Below, piece by piece: positions 11,094-20,376 of a stretch of 64,000 nt of DNA. This DNA comes from Acidobacteriota bacterium (GTDB taxonomy: Bacteria; Acidobacteriota; UBA890; WLXD01): the NCBI GenBank assembly GCA_965205505.1, contig CBDBHB010000004.1, forward strand, positions 18,206-82,205, read 5' to 3'. The first letter of the stretch is position 1, and each line of letters begins with the position of its first letter. The position numbers were made by a program, and so were the translations under genes. The notes beneath the pieces were generated by a model that was not told the origin of the DNA, ran no database searches, and saw nothing but the letters and a program-made list of their open reading frames with translations.

Positions 11094-12164
11094 GCACGCC
11101 AGCGCCTTTTCCTGCACGGCGCGGGTCGCGTTCGTGCACTCCTGCGCCCAGTCGCGAAAGCTCGACCGGAATCCATGCGGCACCGCGTCGATGCCGAGCT
11201 CACGCATCAGCTTGGAGTGCGTCGCGTTGGACAGTGGCTTACCGGGCCGCGTGCCGGGAAACACCCAGCCCTCTCCGTCCGACAGTCCCCGTGCCTCGTT
11301 CAACACCTCCACGGCTCGGCTCGACAGCGGCACCCGGTGCTCACGGTTCGCTTTCATGCGCTCGGCCGGAACGGTCCACACGGCCCCCTCAAGGTCCAAC
11401 TCCCCCCATGTGGCCAGGCGAGCCTCGCTCACCCTCGCCGCTGTCAACACCAGAAACTCGAAGCACAGCTTCGCACCCGCCGAAGCGCTTGAAGCATGCA
11501 CGGATGCGACCGCGCCCACCACCTCGGCATGGGGGAGCGCTTTGAAATGGCGCGTCACGTCTCCCTGGCGCCCCAGCGCCTGGCCAATGGCGTCGCCGGC
11601 CGGGTTGTCGGGCCGGTACTCCATCGCCACGGCCCATTTCATCACGGCGCCGATGCGTTGCCGTACCCGTCGCGCCGTCTCGGGTTTCTCGTGCCATATC
11701 GGCTGCAGGGCCTTCAGCACCTCGGACGTGCCGATCTCGCCCACCCGCCGGTCACCGAAATACGGGAACACGTAGCGGCGCAACGAGGACGGCCAGTCTT
11801 TCGCGTGCTTCGGGTTGCGCCATGCCACGCGCTTCTGTTTGAGAACGAGTGCCGCCGCTTCCTCGAACGTCGGCATCCCACGGGCCCTGTGCTTTTCGGC
11901 CAACGGATCACCGCCCTCCCGCGCCAGCTTTCGGTTGGCGAATGCCTTGGAGCGTGCCTCCGCCAGCGACACGAGCGGGTACCCTCCCAACCCCAGCGAC
12001 CGGGGCCGGCCACGAATCACGAGCCGCTGGACCCACTGCCGCGAGCCCGAGGCGTTCACGCGCAAGTTCAAGCCGTGACCGTCGCAATACAACCCCGGCG
12101 GCGCGGTCTCGACAAATCGGGCGCTCAAACGCTGCGTCTGATGTCTCCCGCGCTGTTTCGGCAA
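11094..12164 (-). pseudogene. P4-like tyrosine integrase (arm-binding N-terminal domain), C-terminally truncated at the IS3 end
   Basis: 'PGLYCDGHGLNLRV', 'LTAARVSE', 'HGFRSSFRDWA'. The ORF stops at 'ALAC' inside the IS end, before the expected catalytic Tyr. Confidence 0.85.
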
Positions 12165-12351
12165 CGTTCGATTCCCCTCCCTCTTCGCACAGCTCTATAT
12201 ATACAACATTGTGCCATTTTAAACGCGGATTGAGGTGGAAATCAACGGAGCGTATAGGACATCGTGATCAACGATAAATTACTTAATACATGTAACTTAC
12301 ATGGATAACTTCGGGACAGAGAGGAATTCTACGGAATAGAGGAACTGTGGA

Positions 12352-12363
12352 CGCCGCCTCCAC
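12352..12363 (+). other. Possible att core resembling a tmRNA 3' end
   Basis: CGCCGCCTCCAC after an AT-rich stretch upstream of the integrase. The match is only 12 nt. Confidence 0.35.
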
Positions 12364-12475
12364 ACCTATGCGCTCGACGTCAGCGAGCTGGGCAGGGCTG
12401 ACGGTCTGACGTGGTTCGGAGGTCCGTTCGGTCGGTGCTAGGCTAGGGACTTCGGGTCCTCAGGAGGCTCACCTG

Positions 12476-12677
12476 ATGAAGTTTCCGCGTGCTGATCGAA
12501 CTGGACGAGGACGGCGTTTTCATCGCCGAGGTTCCCAGCTTGCCCGGCTGCGTCACGCAGGGCGCATCGCGCGAGGCAGCGCTCCGTAACGCGCACGAAG
12601 CCATCGGGCTGTATCTGGAGAGCCTCGTTGACAGGTGGCGCTGGATGCGAGAGTCTCTCTCAGAAAGCGAGCGCTAG
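12476..12677 (+). pseudogene. hicB: HicB-family antitoxin with a +1 frameshift near its start; no hicA partner
   Basis: RBS AGGAGG, then ATG AAG TTT C|CGC GTG. Removing one C gives MKFRVLIELDEDGVFIAEVPSLPGCVTQGASREAAL. Confidence 0.7.
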
Positions 12678-13502
12678 CATCCCGGCACCCCAGACGAGCA
12701 AAGCGCCGCCGGTCGCGTAGCCGAGCCAGTGGCCGGCGGGGAAGGTCTTTTCGAACAGGACGAGCAGGGCGAGGCCCGCGATCCAGTAGAGATTCATCAC
12801 GCCGCCGAAGAACAGGAGCCCCATCAGAAACCAGCAGCAACCGACGCAGAAAGCGCCATGTACGAGGCCCATCCGTAGTGCGCCACGCGCGCCCCGTCGC
12901 CAATGGGTGCTAAGGAATGCGAGCGGCGATCTGCAGTGGCGAAGACAGGCATGCGTGATCGGGGTGAACTGATAGGCGCCCGCGGCGAGCAGCAAGACGC
13001 CGCCAAAGATCACGTTGGTCCCCACGAGCGTCGATGAAAGGATACCGGTCCGCGCGAACCCCCACTGCAGGGTCGCCGCGACCAGGCTGAAGCCAGCCCA
13101 AGCGGCGAGATAGCCGACCGCGAATATGCTCGTGGCGACGTGTGGATGGCCGGTTTCGTGCTGCTTGCGATTGACCGTCGCGAACAAGAGGATCATCGGC
13201 GCGGCACTGGGCAGCATCATCGCCACCATCATGACCCACCACATGAGGAACATCAGGACTGCGTAGCCGGGCGTCCAGACCACGGGCGTCATCATCGGCA
13301 TGCGGGCCATGCCCCCTTCGGACATGCCCGCCGCCATCCCGAGCCGTGACATGCGGGTCATCTCGAACGCCGACTTGCCCATGCCGGCACCGGCCAGCAG
13401 ATGTGCCCACGACAGGGCGACAACCGCAGTAAGCACGATGACGACGATCAGGCGATCGCGCCGGACCACTGCCTCGAGTGTGACGTCGACCGGCAATGTC
13501 AC
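12660..13502 (-). CDS. DUF2182 predicted metal-binding integral membrane protein
   Basis: 'MWWVMMVAMMLPS', 'YQFTP...CLRHCRSP', 'FCVGCCW.LM'. GTGA overlap with the DUF1326 stop. Confidence 0.85.
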   Translation of the reverse strand: MTLPVDVTLEAVVRRDRLIVVIVLTAVVALSWAHLLAGAGMGKSAFEMTRMSRLGMAAGMSEGGMARMPMMTPVVWTPGYAVLMFLMWWVMMVAMMLPSAAPMILLFATVNRKQHETGHPHVATSIFAVGYLAAWAGFSLVAATLQWGFARTGILSSTLVGTNVIFGGVLLLAAGAYQFTPITHACLRHCRSPLAFLSTHWRRGARGALRMGLVHGAFCVGCCWFLMGLLFFGGVMNLYWIAGLALLVLFEKTFPAGHWLGYATGGALLVWGAGMLALAF

Positions 13503-14170
13503 CACGCGCCTAGCCACGCGGTGAGCCTTGATCTTTCGTGGACCAGCCCATCCTGATTGAAGTGGTGCACACAATAATGGGCCCATGAATCTTCGAACGC
13601 CATCTCCATATCACCTGTCACCGAGGTCGTACCGAGTCCGATTTCTGCATAGGTAAACTCGAAGCTGCCACTCGGTCGTGCCAGTGCAACGTGGAACGGT
13701 TGGCCATTGAACTCGTTGATCATCGGCTTGCCTCTGCTCCGCATGATGCCCGGTATGTCAACGCTTGCGGTTCTGAGCTCCAAGTTCGCTTCGAGACCAA
13801 TCGGCAGGAATAACGTGTCGCAAAACTCCGAGCATGTGGACGCGAATACGGAGAACATGTTGCTTAGCGGTTCACATGCTTCGCCCGAGATGATCGTTTC
13901 AAGCGCGGCCCGTTGAGCTTCATCAGCGCGTTCGTCGATAACAATCTGGCGTTGGCCATTCCCCTCCGCGATTTCGCCAGGCCACTTGTACAGTCCCGCC
14001 CAGTTCAGACCCGCGAGCGACCTATCGTTGAAATGACCGTCAACGACGTTGCCGACAAAGGCCGACTGACAATAGCCATGGGTGCTCGGTAGGTTGAACT
14101 GGCAACCACAATTCACGGCGCAATTGCAGTTGTCGTAGGTTTCGCTCTTGAAGAGCCATTGATCAGCCAT
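13499..14170 (-). CDS. DUF1326 protein (copy 1)
   Basis: 'CNCAVNCGCQF...GYC', 'IDERADEAQRAALE'. Confidence 0.85.
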   Translation of the reverse strand: MADQWLFKSETYDNCNCAVNCGCQFNLPSTHGYCQSAFVGNVVDGHFNDRSLAGLNWAGLYKWPGEIAEGNGQRQIVIDERADEAQRAALETIISGEACEPLSNMFSVFASTCSEFCDTLFLPIGLEANLELRTASVDIPGIMRSRGKPMINEFNGQPFHVALARPSGSFEFTYAEIGLGTTSVTGDMEMAFEDSWAHYCVHHFNQDGLVHERSRLTAWLGAW

Positions 14171-14388
14171 CTCGCCGATCCTCCCCTAATCTGTTATCTG
14201 ACTGGAGATTTCCCCATCCCGCCCACACCGAGCGGCTCAAGGATCTCGTAATGACCGAGTGTCTTGCCGACCATGGATCGAGCCCGGATCTAGGGATGAG
14301 AAGCGGATCGAATTTATCCGCGGGCCATTCGGGGAAACAACGCAACATCAGGCTTGACGGGCACACCGCGTCGCCAGGTGGCCGATGA

Positions 14389-15030
14389 TCACTTGCCGCG
14401 GACCAAGCCATCCTGGTTGTAGTGGTGGACACAAAATAGCGCCCATGAATCTTCGAACGCCATCTCCAGGTCACCGGTCACCGAGGTCGTGCCTCGTCCG
14501 ATTTCCCCGTAGGTAAACTCGAAGCTGCCGGTCGGGCGTGCGATTGCGATGTGGAACGGTTCACCGTTGAACTCGTTGATGATCGGTCTGCCGGCACTCT
14601 TCATGACACCCGGCATATCGACCGTCGCGGTTCTGAGCTCGAGGTTCACCTCGAGATCGATCGGCAGGAACAGTGTCTCGAAAAACTCCGAACATAAGGA
14701 ACCGAAAACGGAGAAATGATTGCTGAGGGGCTCGCATGCATCGCCCGAGATGATCGTTTCGAGAGCAAGCCGTTGAGCCTCGTCCGCGCGCTCGTCGATC
14801 ACGATCTGGCGCTTGGGGTTTCCCTCCGCAATCTCACCGGGGAATATGCAAAGCATCGCCCAATTCAGGCCCGCGAGCGGCGTGTCGCTAAAATGACCGG
14901 CAACGATGGTGCCGACGTAGGCGAAATGACAATTGCCATGTGTCGTGGGCTCGTTGAATTGACAACCGCAGCTCACGGAACAATTGCAGTTGTCGTAGGT
15001 GTGGCTCTTGAATTCCCACCGGTCAGACAT
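14389..15030 (-). CDS. DUF1326 protein (copy 2, tandem paralog)
   Basis: 'MSDRWEF...CNCSVSCGCQF...GNC'. Colinear with copy 1. RBS GGAGG before the ATG at 15030. Confidence 0.85.
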   Translation of the reverse strand: MSDRWEFKSHTYDNCNCSVSCGCQFNEPTTHGNCHFAYVGTIVAGHFSDTPLAGLNWAMLCIFPGEIAEGNPKRQIVIDERADEAQRLALETIISGDACEPLSNHFSVFGSLCSEFFETLFLPIDLEVNLELRTATVDMPGVMKSAGRPIINEFNGEPFHIAIARPTGSFEFTYGEIGRGTTSVTGDLEMAFEDSWALFCVHHYNQDGLVRGK

Positions 15031-15264
15031 GTTGGCAATCCTCCCAGGGCCGGCACTGCGATTTAGCGCCGAAACCGCACCCACGTCGTGACGCGGCTTT
15101 GCGAGACCTCGGTCCCCGGCGGGAATCTATCCGTTGCTCAGAGAGGGAACAACGGGAGCGTGGGATTGAAGGGCAGGATTCATCGGCACAATTCAGGCAC
15201 AATCGCCCAGAGTGCGGAGGGGAAATCCCCGCAACCCGTTGAAAACAAATGTCGCTGCGAGGAC

Positions 15265-15410
15265 TCCAGAGGCTACGACGTGACGCCTGGGGCCGAATTC
15301 GTGATGGTGGGCGCCGATTCAACTAGCGGGTCCAACGCCCGTCACGCAGATGCACCTTTGTGCTGAACTGACTCGACGAGCTGAAGCGGCTCGTGCCGAC
15401 GGACCCGTAG
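15265..15410 (+). pseudogene. C-terminal remnant of a Ser/Thr kinase-TolB/PD40-type protein
   Basis: Reads 'RGYDVTPG.EFVMV' and, after indels, 'QMHL-VLN*LDELKRLVPTDP'. This matches the common 'YDV.PDG..F.M...VLNW.EELKRLVP' tail with W changed to TGA. Confidence 0.6.
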
Positions 15411-15451
15411 CGGCGGCCCATACTCGCAGGCAGGCGTCGCTTCCTGCGGAC

Positions 15452-15479
15452 CGCGGGTTCAAATCTCGTCGGCCCCGCC
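15452..15479 (+). other. tRNA 3'-half fragment (att-like remnant)
   Basis: GCGGG-TTCAAAT-CTCGT forms a T arm, followed by CGGCCCCGCC. No 5' half is present upstream. Confidence 0.5.
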
Positions 15480-15746
15480 GCTGCATTCCGCCGAATCCCC
15501 GCACCCGACTCGGGAACGCACAAGTCTCGCGCAGAGTTCTCGGTCGGCGCAGGCGTACTCCCTGGATGTTCGCCGCCCGCCCCGATAGGGTCATGGGTGG
15601 GGACGCGCCAACTCCCCAGCGTGGCAGCAAGACTGGACCATTGAGGCGGAGTACTACACGGAGCCCTATAGCAGGCTCTCTGGCTATTTCGCCGCATTGC
15701 ATAGCGAACGCAGGCAAGCCACCAACACCGCCGGCCCTAGGTCCAC

Positions 15747-17669
15747 ATGAGGGATCGAGATCTTGATCTCGGGATGCACCGGGAGATTACCCGTCGCGAC
15801 TTTGTCTCCGGTATCAGCGTTGCGCTGAGCGGCAGTCTCACGCTCCCATGGGCGCAGACGAACGCCTTGGCGAGCCCTGCGGGTCCGGGAGGAGTCTCAC
15901 AGGCCCTCGCCGACACGTATCCACCCATCCGCACCGGTATGCGCGGCAGCCACGACGGCTCCTACGAGGTTGCCCATCAGCTTGTCGAAGGCGTGCGCTG
16001 GGACAACGCGGAGGAGACGGGTGAGCTCTACGATCTGGTCGTGGTTGGCGGTGGCCTCAGTGGCCTCGCGGCGGCGTGGTTCTACCAAGAGGCTGTTTCC
16101 GGCGCCCGCATCCTGATTCTCGACAACCACGACGACTTCGGCGGTCATGCCAAGCGCAACGAGTTCCGGCTCGACGGTCGGATGTTCCTGTCAAATGGCG
16201 GCACGGTCTTTATCTCCAACCTGAACGAGTACGGTGAAGGAGCCCAGCGCCTGATCCGCGGGATTGGCATCGACGTAAGCCGTTACTCCGAATTCGTCGA
16301 TAGCGACCTGTACAGCTCGCTCGGCCTGCGCAGGTCGGTTTTCTTCGACCGCGAGACGTTCGGCACCGATCGGCTGCTGGTAGGCGAAGGCAGGCCCTCT
16401 TGGCGCGAGTTCCTGGCGCGCGCGCCCCTGTCCGAAACGGCACGTGATGACCTTGTAAGACTCCACGAGCCGAACATCGATTACCTGGCGCACCTCAGCT
16501 TGGAGGAGAAGGTCGAGTTTCTTCGTAACACGAGCTACGAAGACTTTCTCTTGAAGGTGTCCCAGGTAGGTCGCGAGGCAATCTCCTTCCTCGAGACCTC
16601 CGGCGGTTGGACCATCGGCCTCGATGGCGTCCCCGCCTGGCTCGGCGCCGGCCGCTGGCCTGGGACCACCGGGCTGGGGCTCGGCGACGACGATGATGAT
16701 GCCGATGATACCGGCGAGGAGCGTGCTTTCTTCCAGTTTCCGGATGGCAACGCGTCGATCGCGCGTCTGATCGTCCGGTCGCTGATCCCAGAGGTCGCTC
16801 CCGGCAGCACGATGGAGGACATCGTCGACGCTCAGTTCGACTATGGCAAGCTCGATCGGGAGGGCTCGGCTGTCCGCGTGCGGCTGGAGAGCACAGCGGT
16901 GCGGGTAGCTCACCGTGGCGATCGGCGATCGGCCGAAGAAGTCGAGGTCACGTACGTCCGCCACGGCCACGCCCGGCGAGTGCGCGCCGGTCGTTGCGTG
17001 CTCGCCTGTTACAACGCCGTGATCCCTTTGATTTGCGAGGAACTGCCGGATCCGCAAAAACACGCGCTATCGACCGCACTCAAGGCGCCCCTTATCTACA
17101 CCAACGTCCTGATCCGCAACTGGACCGCCTTCGCCAAGCTCGGTGTGAGCAGGGTGCGCTGCCCGGGCAGCTATTTCGAGAGCGTTAATGTGCAGCGACC
17201 GATCAGCATTGGGAGCTATCGACACGCGAGCACGCCTGACGAGCCCATGGTCGTGCGTATGTCCCGCATTCCCCTGGTGCCGGAGGCCCGCGGGCGGTCC
17301 GTGCCTGAGCAGTGGAAGGCCGCGCGCCGGGGTCTGTTGGCGACGACGTTCGCGACGTTCGAGCGCAAGATCAGGGATCAGCTCGGCCGGATACTGTCAG
17401 CCGGAGGCTTCGACCCGGCGCGCGACATCGCGGCGATAACCGTGAATCGCTGGCCACACGGCTATGCATACGGCCAGGATCCGCAGACGGGTGAGGTCGC
17501 GTGGAGACCCGATGATCTACCGCCCGAGCGTTGTCCGTGGCTCGTCGCCCGCCAACCTTTTGGCCGGATCGCCATCGCCAACTCCGACGCGGGCGCGTGG
17601 GCCATGACCGAGGTTGCCATTGGTGAGGCGCATCGGGCGGTGACGGACTTGTTGTCGACAACGACCTAG
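15747..17669 (+). CDS. Tat-exported FAD-dependent oxidoreductase (spermidine dehydrogenase-like)
   Basis: 'ITRRDFVSG' Tat motif, 'DLVVVGGGLSGL', 'LDNHDDFGGHAKRNEF', 'TVNRWPHGYAY'. Confidence 0.85.
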   Translation: MRDRDLDLGMHREITRRDFVSGISVALSGSLTLPWAQTNALASPAGPGGVSQALADTYPPIRTGMRGSHDGSYEVAHQLVEGVRWDNAEETGELYDLVVVGGGLSGLAAAWFYQEAVSGARILILDNHDDFGGHAKRNEFRLDGRMFLSNGGTVFISNLNEYGEGAQRLIRGIGIDVSRYSEFVDSDLYSSLGLRRSVFFDRETFGTDRLLVGEGRPSWREFLARAPLSETARDDLVRLHEPNIDYLAHLSLEEKVEFLRNTSYEDFLLKVSQVGREAISFLETSGGWTIGLDGVPAWLGAGRWPGTTGLGLGDDDDDADDTGEERAFFQFPDGNASIARLIVRSLIPEVAPGSTMEDIVDAQFDYGKLDREGSAVRVRLESTAVRVAHRGDRRSAEEVEVTYVRHGHARRVRAGRCVLACYNAVIPLICEELPDPQKHALSTALKAPLIYTNVLIRNWTAFAKLGVSRVRCPGSYFESVNVQRPISIGSYRHASTPDEPMVVRMSRIPLVPEARGRSVPEQWKAARRGLLATTFATFERKIRDQLGRILSAGGFDPARDIAAITVNRWPHGYAYGQDPQTGEVAWRPDDLPPERCPWLVARQPFGRIAIANSDAGAWAMTEVAIGEAHRAVTDLLSTTT

Positions 17670-17679
17670 GCCGCTCTCC

Positions 17680-17972
17680 TGACGAAAACCTCGTCGAGGA
17701 ACCAGGTGTCTCCGGGTCGACCTTGCCGCCGCCGTAGCTTGGCCGCGTAGATGGTCCCGAACTTGGCGCACTAACACCGGATCACTTCATGCGAGACTGT
17801 CACTCCTCGCTTCGCCAGGAGATCCTCGACGTCGCGCAAGCTCAGGCAGAACCGGTGATACAGCCAGACGGCGTGGCTGATGATCTCGGGAGGGAACCGG
17901 TGTCGACGGTAGCGCTGCCGGTCGTTGCTCATCACCGGACTGTGCCAGGCTGTCGGTTCACTTGACAGTACC
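17680..17972 (-). mobile_element. IS6-family remnant (IRL plus 5' part of the transposase, with an internal TAG)
   Basis: IR GGTACTGTCAAG at 17972. ATG at 17932 gives 'YRRHRFPPEIISHAVWLYHRFCLSLRDVEDLLAKRG...IRC*CAKFG...W.LDEVFV', then truncation. Confidence 0.85.
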
Positions 17973-18084
17973 CATGGTGATCCAGCAACGCCGGAGGTTG
18001 CTTCGCGATTGATGCCGGGTTGCGGTCGACGTGCCCCAGTTGTACCCTTAGTTCACATGGTACATATGACAAAGCGAAACCGCC

Positions 18085-18474
18085 ATGGAACTGATTATCG
18101 ACATCGACGATTCCGTCCCTTTGTTTGCCCAGTTGGTCGCGCAGATCAAGAAGGCCGTGCTCTCCGATGAACTATGCCCCGGGGCGCTCTTGCCTTCTAT
18201 TCGGCAGCTTGCGAACGATCTCAGGCTGAACAACAAGACGGTGGCGAAAGCCTACCGATTGCTAGAGCGCGATTCCGTCATCCAAACCAAAGGGTACCGC
18301 GGCACCTTCGTCCACCCCGGCGCCAAGGCCAACAGTACTGTCGATTTGACGGCGTGGGTCATGACGAAATTGCGCGACACCGTAGAGACACTTAGAGGGT
18401 CGGGCGCAACCGACTCGGAGATTCGGATCGCGTTCGGCGACGTCATGAAATCGTCGCGACAGCTGAGGAGATGA
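18085..18474 (+). CDS. GntR-family (YtrA-like) regulator
   Basis: 'PLFAQLVAQIK...LPSIRQLANDL..N.KTVAKAY..LE...GTFV'. Confidence 0.85.
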   Translation: MELIIDIDDSVPLFAQLVAQIKKAVLSDELCPGALLPSIRQLANDLRLNNKTVAKAYRLLERDSVIQTKGYRGTFVHPGAKANSTVDLTAWVMTKLRDTVETLRGSGATDSEIRIAFGDVMKSSRQLRR

Positions 18475-18475
18475 A

Positions 18476-19324
18476 GTGCCAGAGCATGCGTTCTTCTACG
18501 TTATATTCCTGAGCCAGGTCCTTCTCATCTCGCTCTATCTTCCGAAACGACTACTCGGCCGGTTGAGGCACATCGTCGCTCGATATCCGCCATCGGAGTA
18601 TCCCAAGCTCTATCCGGTTCCACTCGATACCGTGGAGAGAGCGCAGCGGAACTACCGGAACTTGAACTCGTTCGCGCTCCTGGTCGGTCTCGCGTTGGTG
18701 CTAGCTGGCGTCTTGGCACCCACGGTCGAAATATTCGACTGGGACAGCGCTGTTCTCACAATGTACTCGGCGATCCAGTGGTCCCCGTTCATCATCGCCA
18801 CAACCGCGGGATTCACCTACTTCAATCTCAAGAGACGGCCCGATTCGAGGTCCACTCGCAGGGCGGACCTGCATCCTCGCCGCCTGTTCGACTTCGTTTC
18901 ACCGGCATTGGTCGGCGCGGCAATCCTGGTGTATTTGGCCTTCGTGTTGCTCATCCTCTACGTCAGACAGTTCGAGTTCCCGTGGTTCGGTGGACACTAG
19001 AACATATTTGCGATGACGGCTGCCAACCTTCTGTTCGCAGGGCTCATTTTCAAGAGCCTATATGGGAAGAGGAAGGATCCGTACAAGGCACACGAAGATC
19101 GCATGAGGGAAATCGAGCTCAACGCGAACCTACTGGTGTGGGTGAGCATTGTCGCCACGTTGTTCGTGGTGATCGCTGTGACTCTCCGAGCCCTCGAGCT
19201 GCCCGACGTCATCCCGGTGGCGCAGAGCTTGTACTTCCAGCTCCTGGCTCTGATCAGCTTCCGAGCGTTTCGAATCGATCACGTGAACTTCGAGGTTTAC
19301 AGGGAAGATCCGTCGGTCGCGTAG
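18476..19324 (+). pseudogene. Multi-pass membrane protein with an in-frame TAG at 18998-19000
   Basis: ORFs 18476-19000 and 19013-19324 are in frame (CAC TAG AAC ATA TTT GCG ATG). Hydrophobic helices lie on both sides. Confidence 0.65.
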
Positions 19325-19388
19325 CTCTGCACGAGCGCTGCCCGGTAGGATCACAGCGGCCCGACGGCTCACAGCGGATGGCGAAGCA

Positions 19389-19703
19389 ATGGAAATAATC
19401 ATCGATATCGACGATTCAGCCCCCTTGCTGGCTCGAGTGATCGGACAGATCAAGGACGCCGTGCTCAGCGGCAATCTATGCCCCGGGGATGCCTTGCCTT
19501 CGAGTTGGCAGCTTGCGAGCGACCTGGACGTCGACAGCAAGACGGTGGCGACCGCCTACCGCTTGCTGGAACTTGACTCGGTGATTCAAACCAAGACCGG
19601 CCGCGGCACCTCCGTTCACCCGGACGCCAAGGCGAACAGTACGCGAGTCGGCTGGAGCTGGTGCCCGTTGGCGCCGAATCCCGCCTTAGGTCAACGCGGC
19701 TAG
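19389..19703 (+). CDS. Second, shorter GntR/YtrA-like regulator (paralog of 18085)
   Basis: 'MEIIIDIDDSAPL...' is colinear with the first copy up to 'AKANST', then diverges. Confidence 0.7.
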   Translation: MEIIIDIDDSAPLLARVIGQIKDAVLSGNLCPGDALPSSWQLASDLDVDSKTVATAYRLLELDSVIQTKTGRGTSVHPDAKANSTRVGWSWCPLAPNPALGQRG

Positions 19704-19919
19704 TCCCTGACGAATCGTACGCTTTGGATCAGGCCGCCTCTAACCTCTTATAATGAGACGCTCCTACCCCCGGCTGCTCCCATTGCGTTCCACCTCCAGG
19801 TACCCGGAGGGTCGGCTGAGATCGCTTTCGGGTACGTTCGGCGATTCGGTGATTGTGATCGCCCGGCGGCAGGAACCAGGCTGCCGTCCTGGTTCAAAAC
19901 TCATCGCTGGTCGCGACCC

Positions 19920-20370
19920 GTGTCTCTGGTAACTACACGTGTCTTCGGTGACGAGACCGAGGCGGTGTCCGCGGTCGAGTACGACGCTGTCGTGCTCGCC
20001 GTGGCGACTCTCGAGCGTGCCGCCTTCGAGATGATGTACCTCGTTCCGGAACGGCAATCCTACGAAGAGGCGCTACAGGTGATGGAATCGCTGACCGCCC
20101 TGCGGCCCCGCGTCTTGCAACGGTTGCTGGAGAGTTGCAGCCAGGTAAAGGCGAAGCGCCTCTTCATGCACACGGCCGAACGCTTCGGTCACCCATGGCT
20201 TGACGCGCTCGATCTGTCCCGCATCGACTTCGGATCTGGCAAACGGATGATCCACCGGGGTTTCGCCGGCATGACCACGCGGCCCATTGAGCTCGCTCAA
20301 CTCGAGTCCGCCAGGGACCGCTTGCTCACCTGGGCCGCTACGGAGCTCTCAGAGAGCGAGCGGCGGTTAC
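19920..20370 (+). pseudogene. Collapsed type IV TA module: AbiEi antitoxin C-terminal part joined to an AbiEii toxin C-terminal fragment
   Basis: 'ERAAFEM..LVP...LRPRVLQRLLESC.QVKAKRLF...IDFGSGKRM' runs in frame into 'FAGMTTRPIELAQLESARDRLL...LSESERR'. Confidence 0.65.
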
Positions 20371-20376
20371 AGGCCA

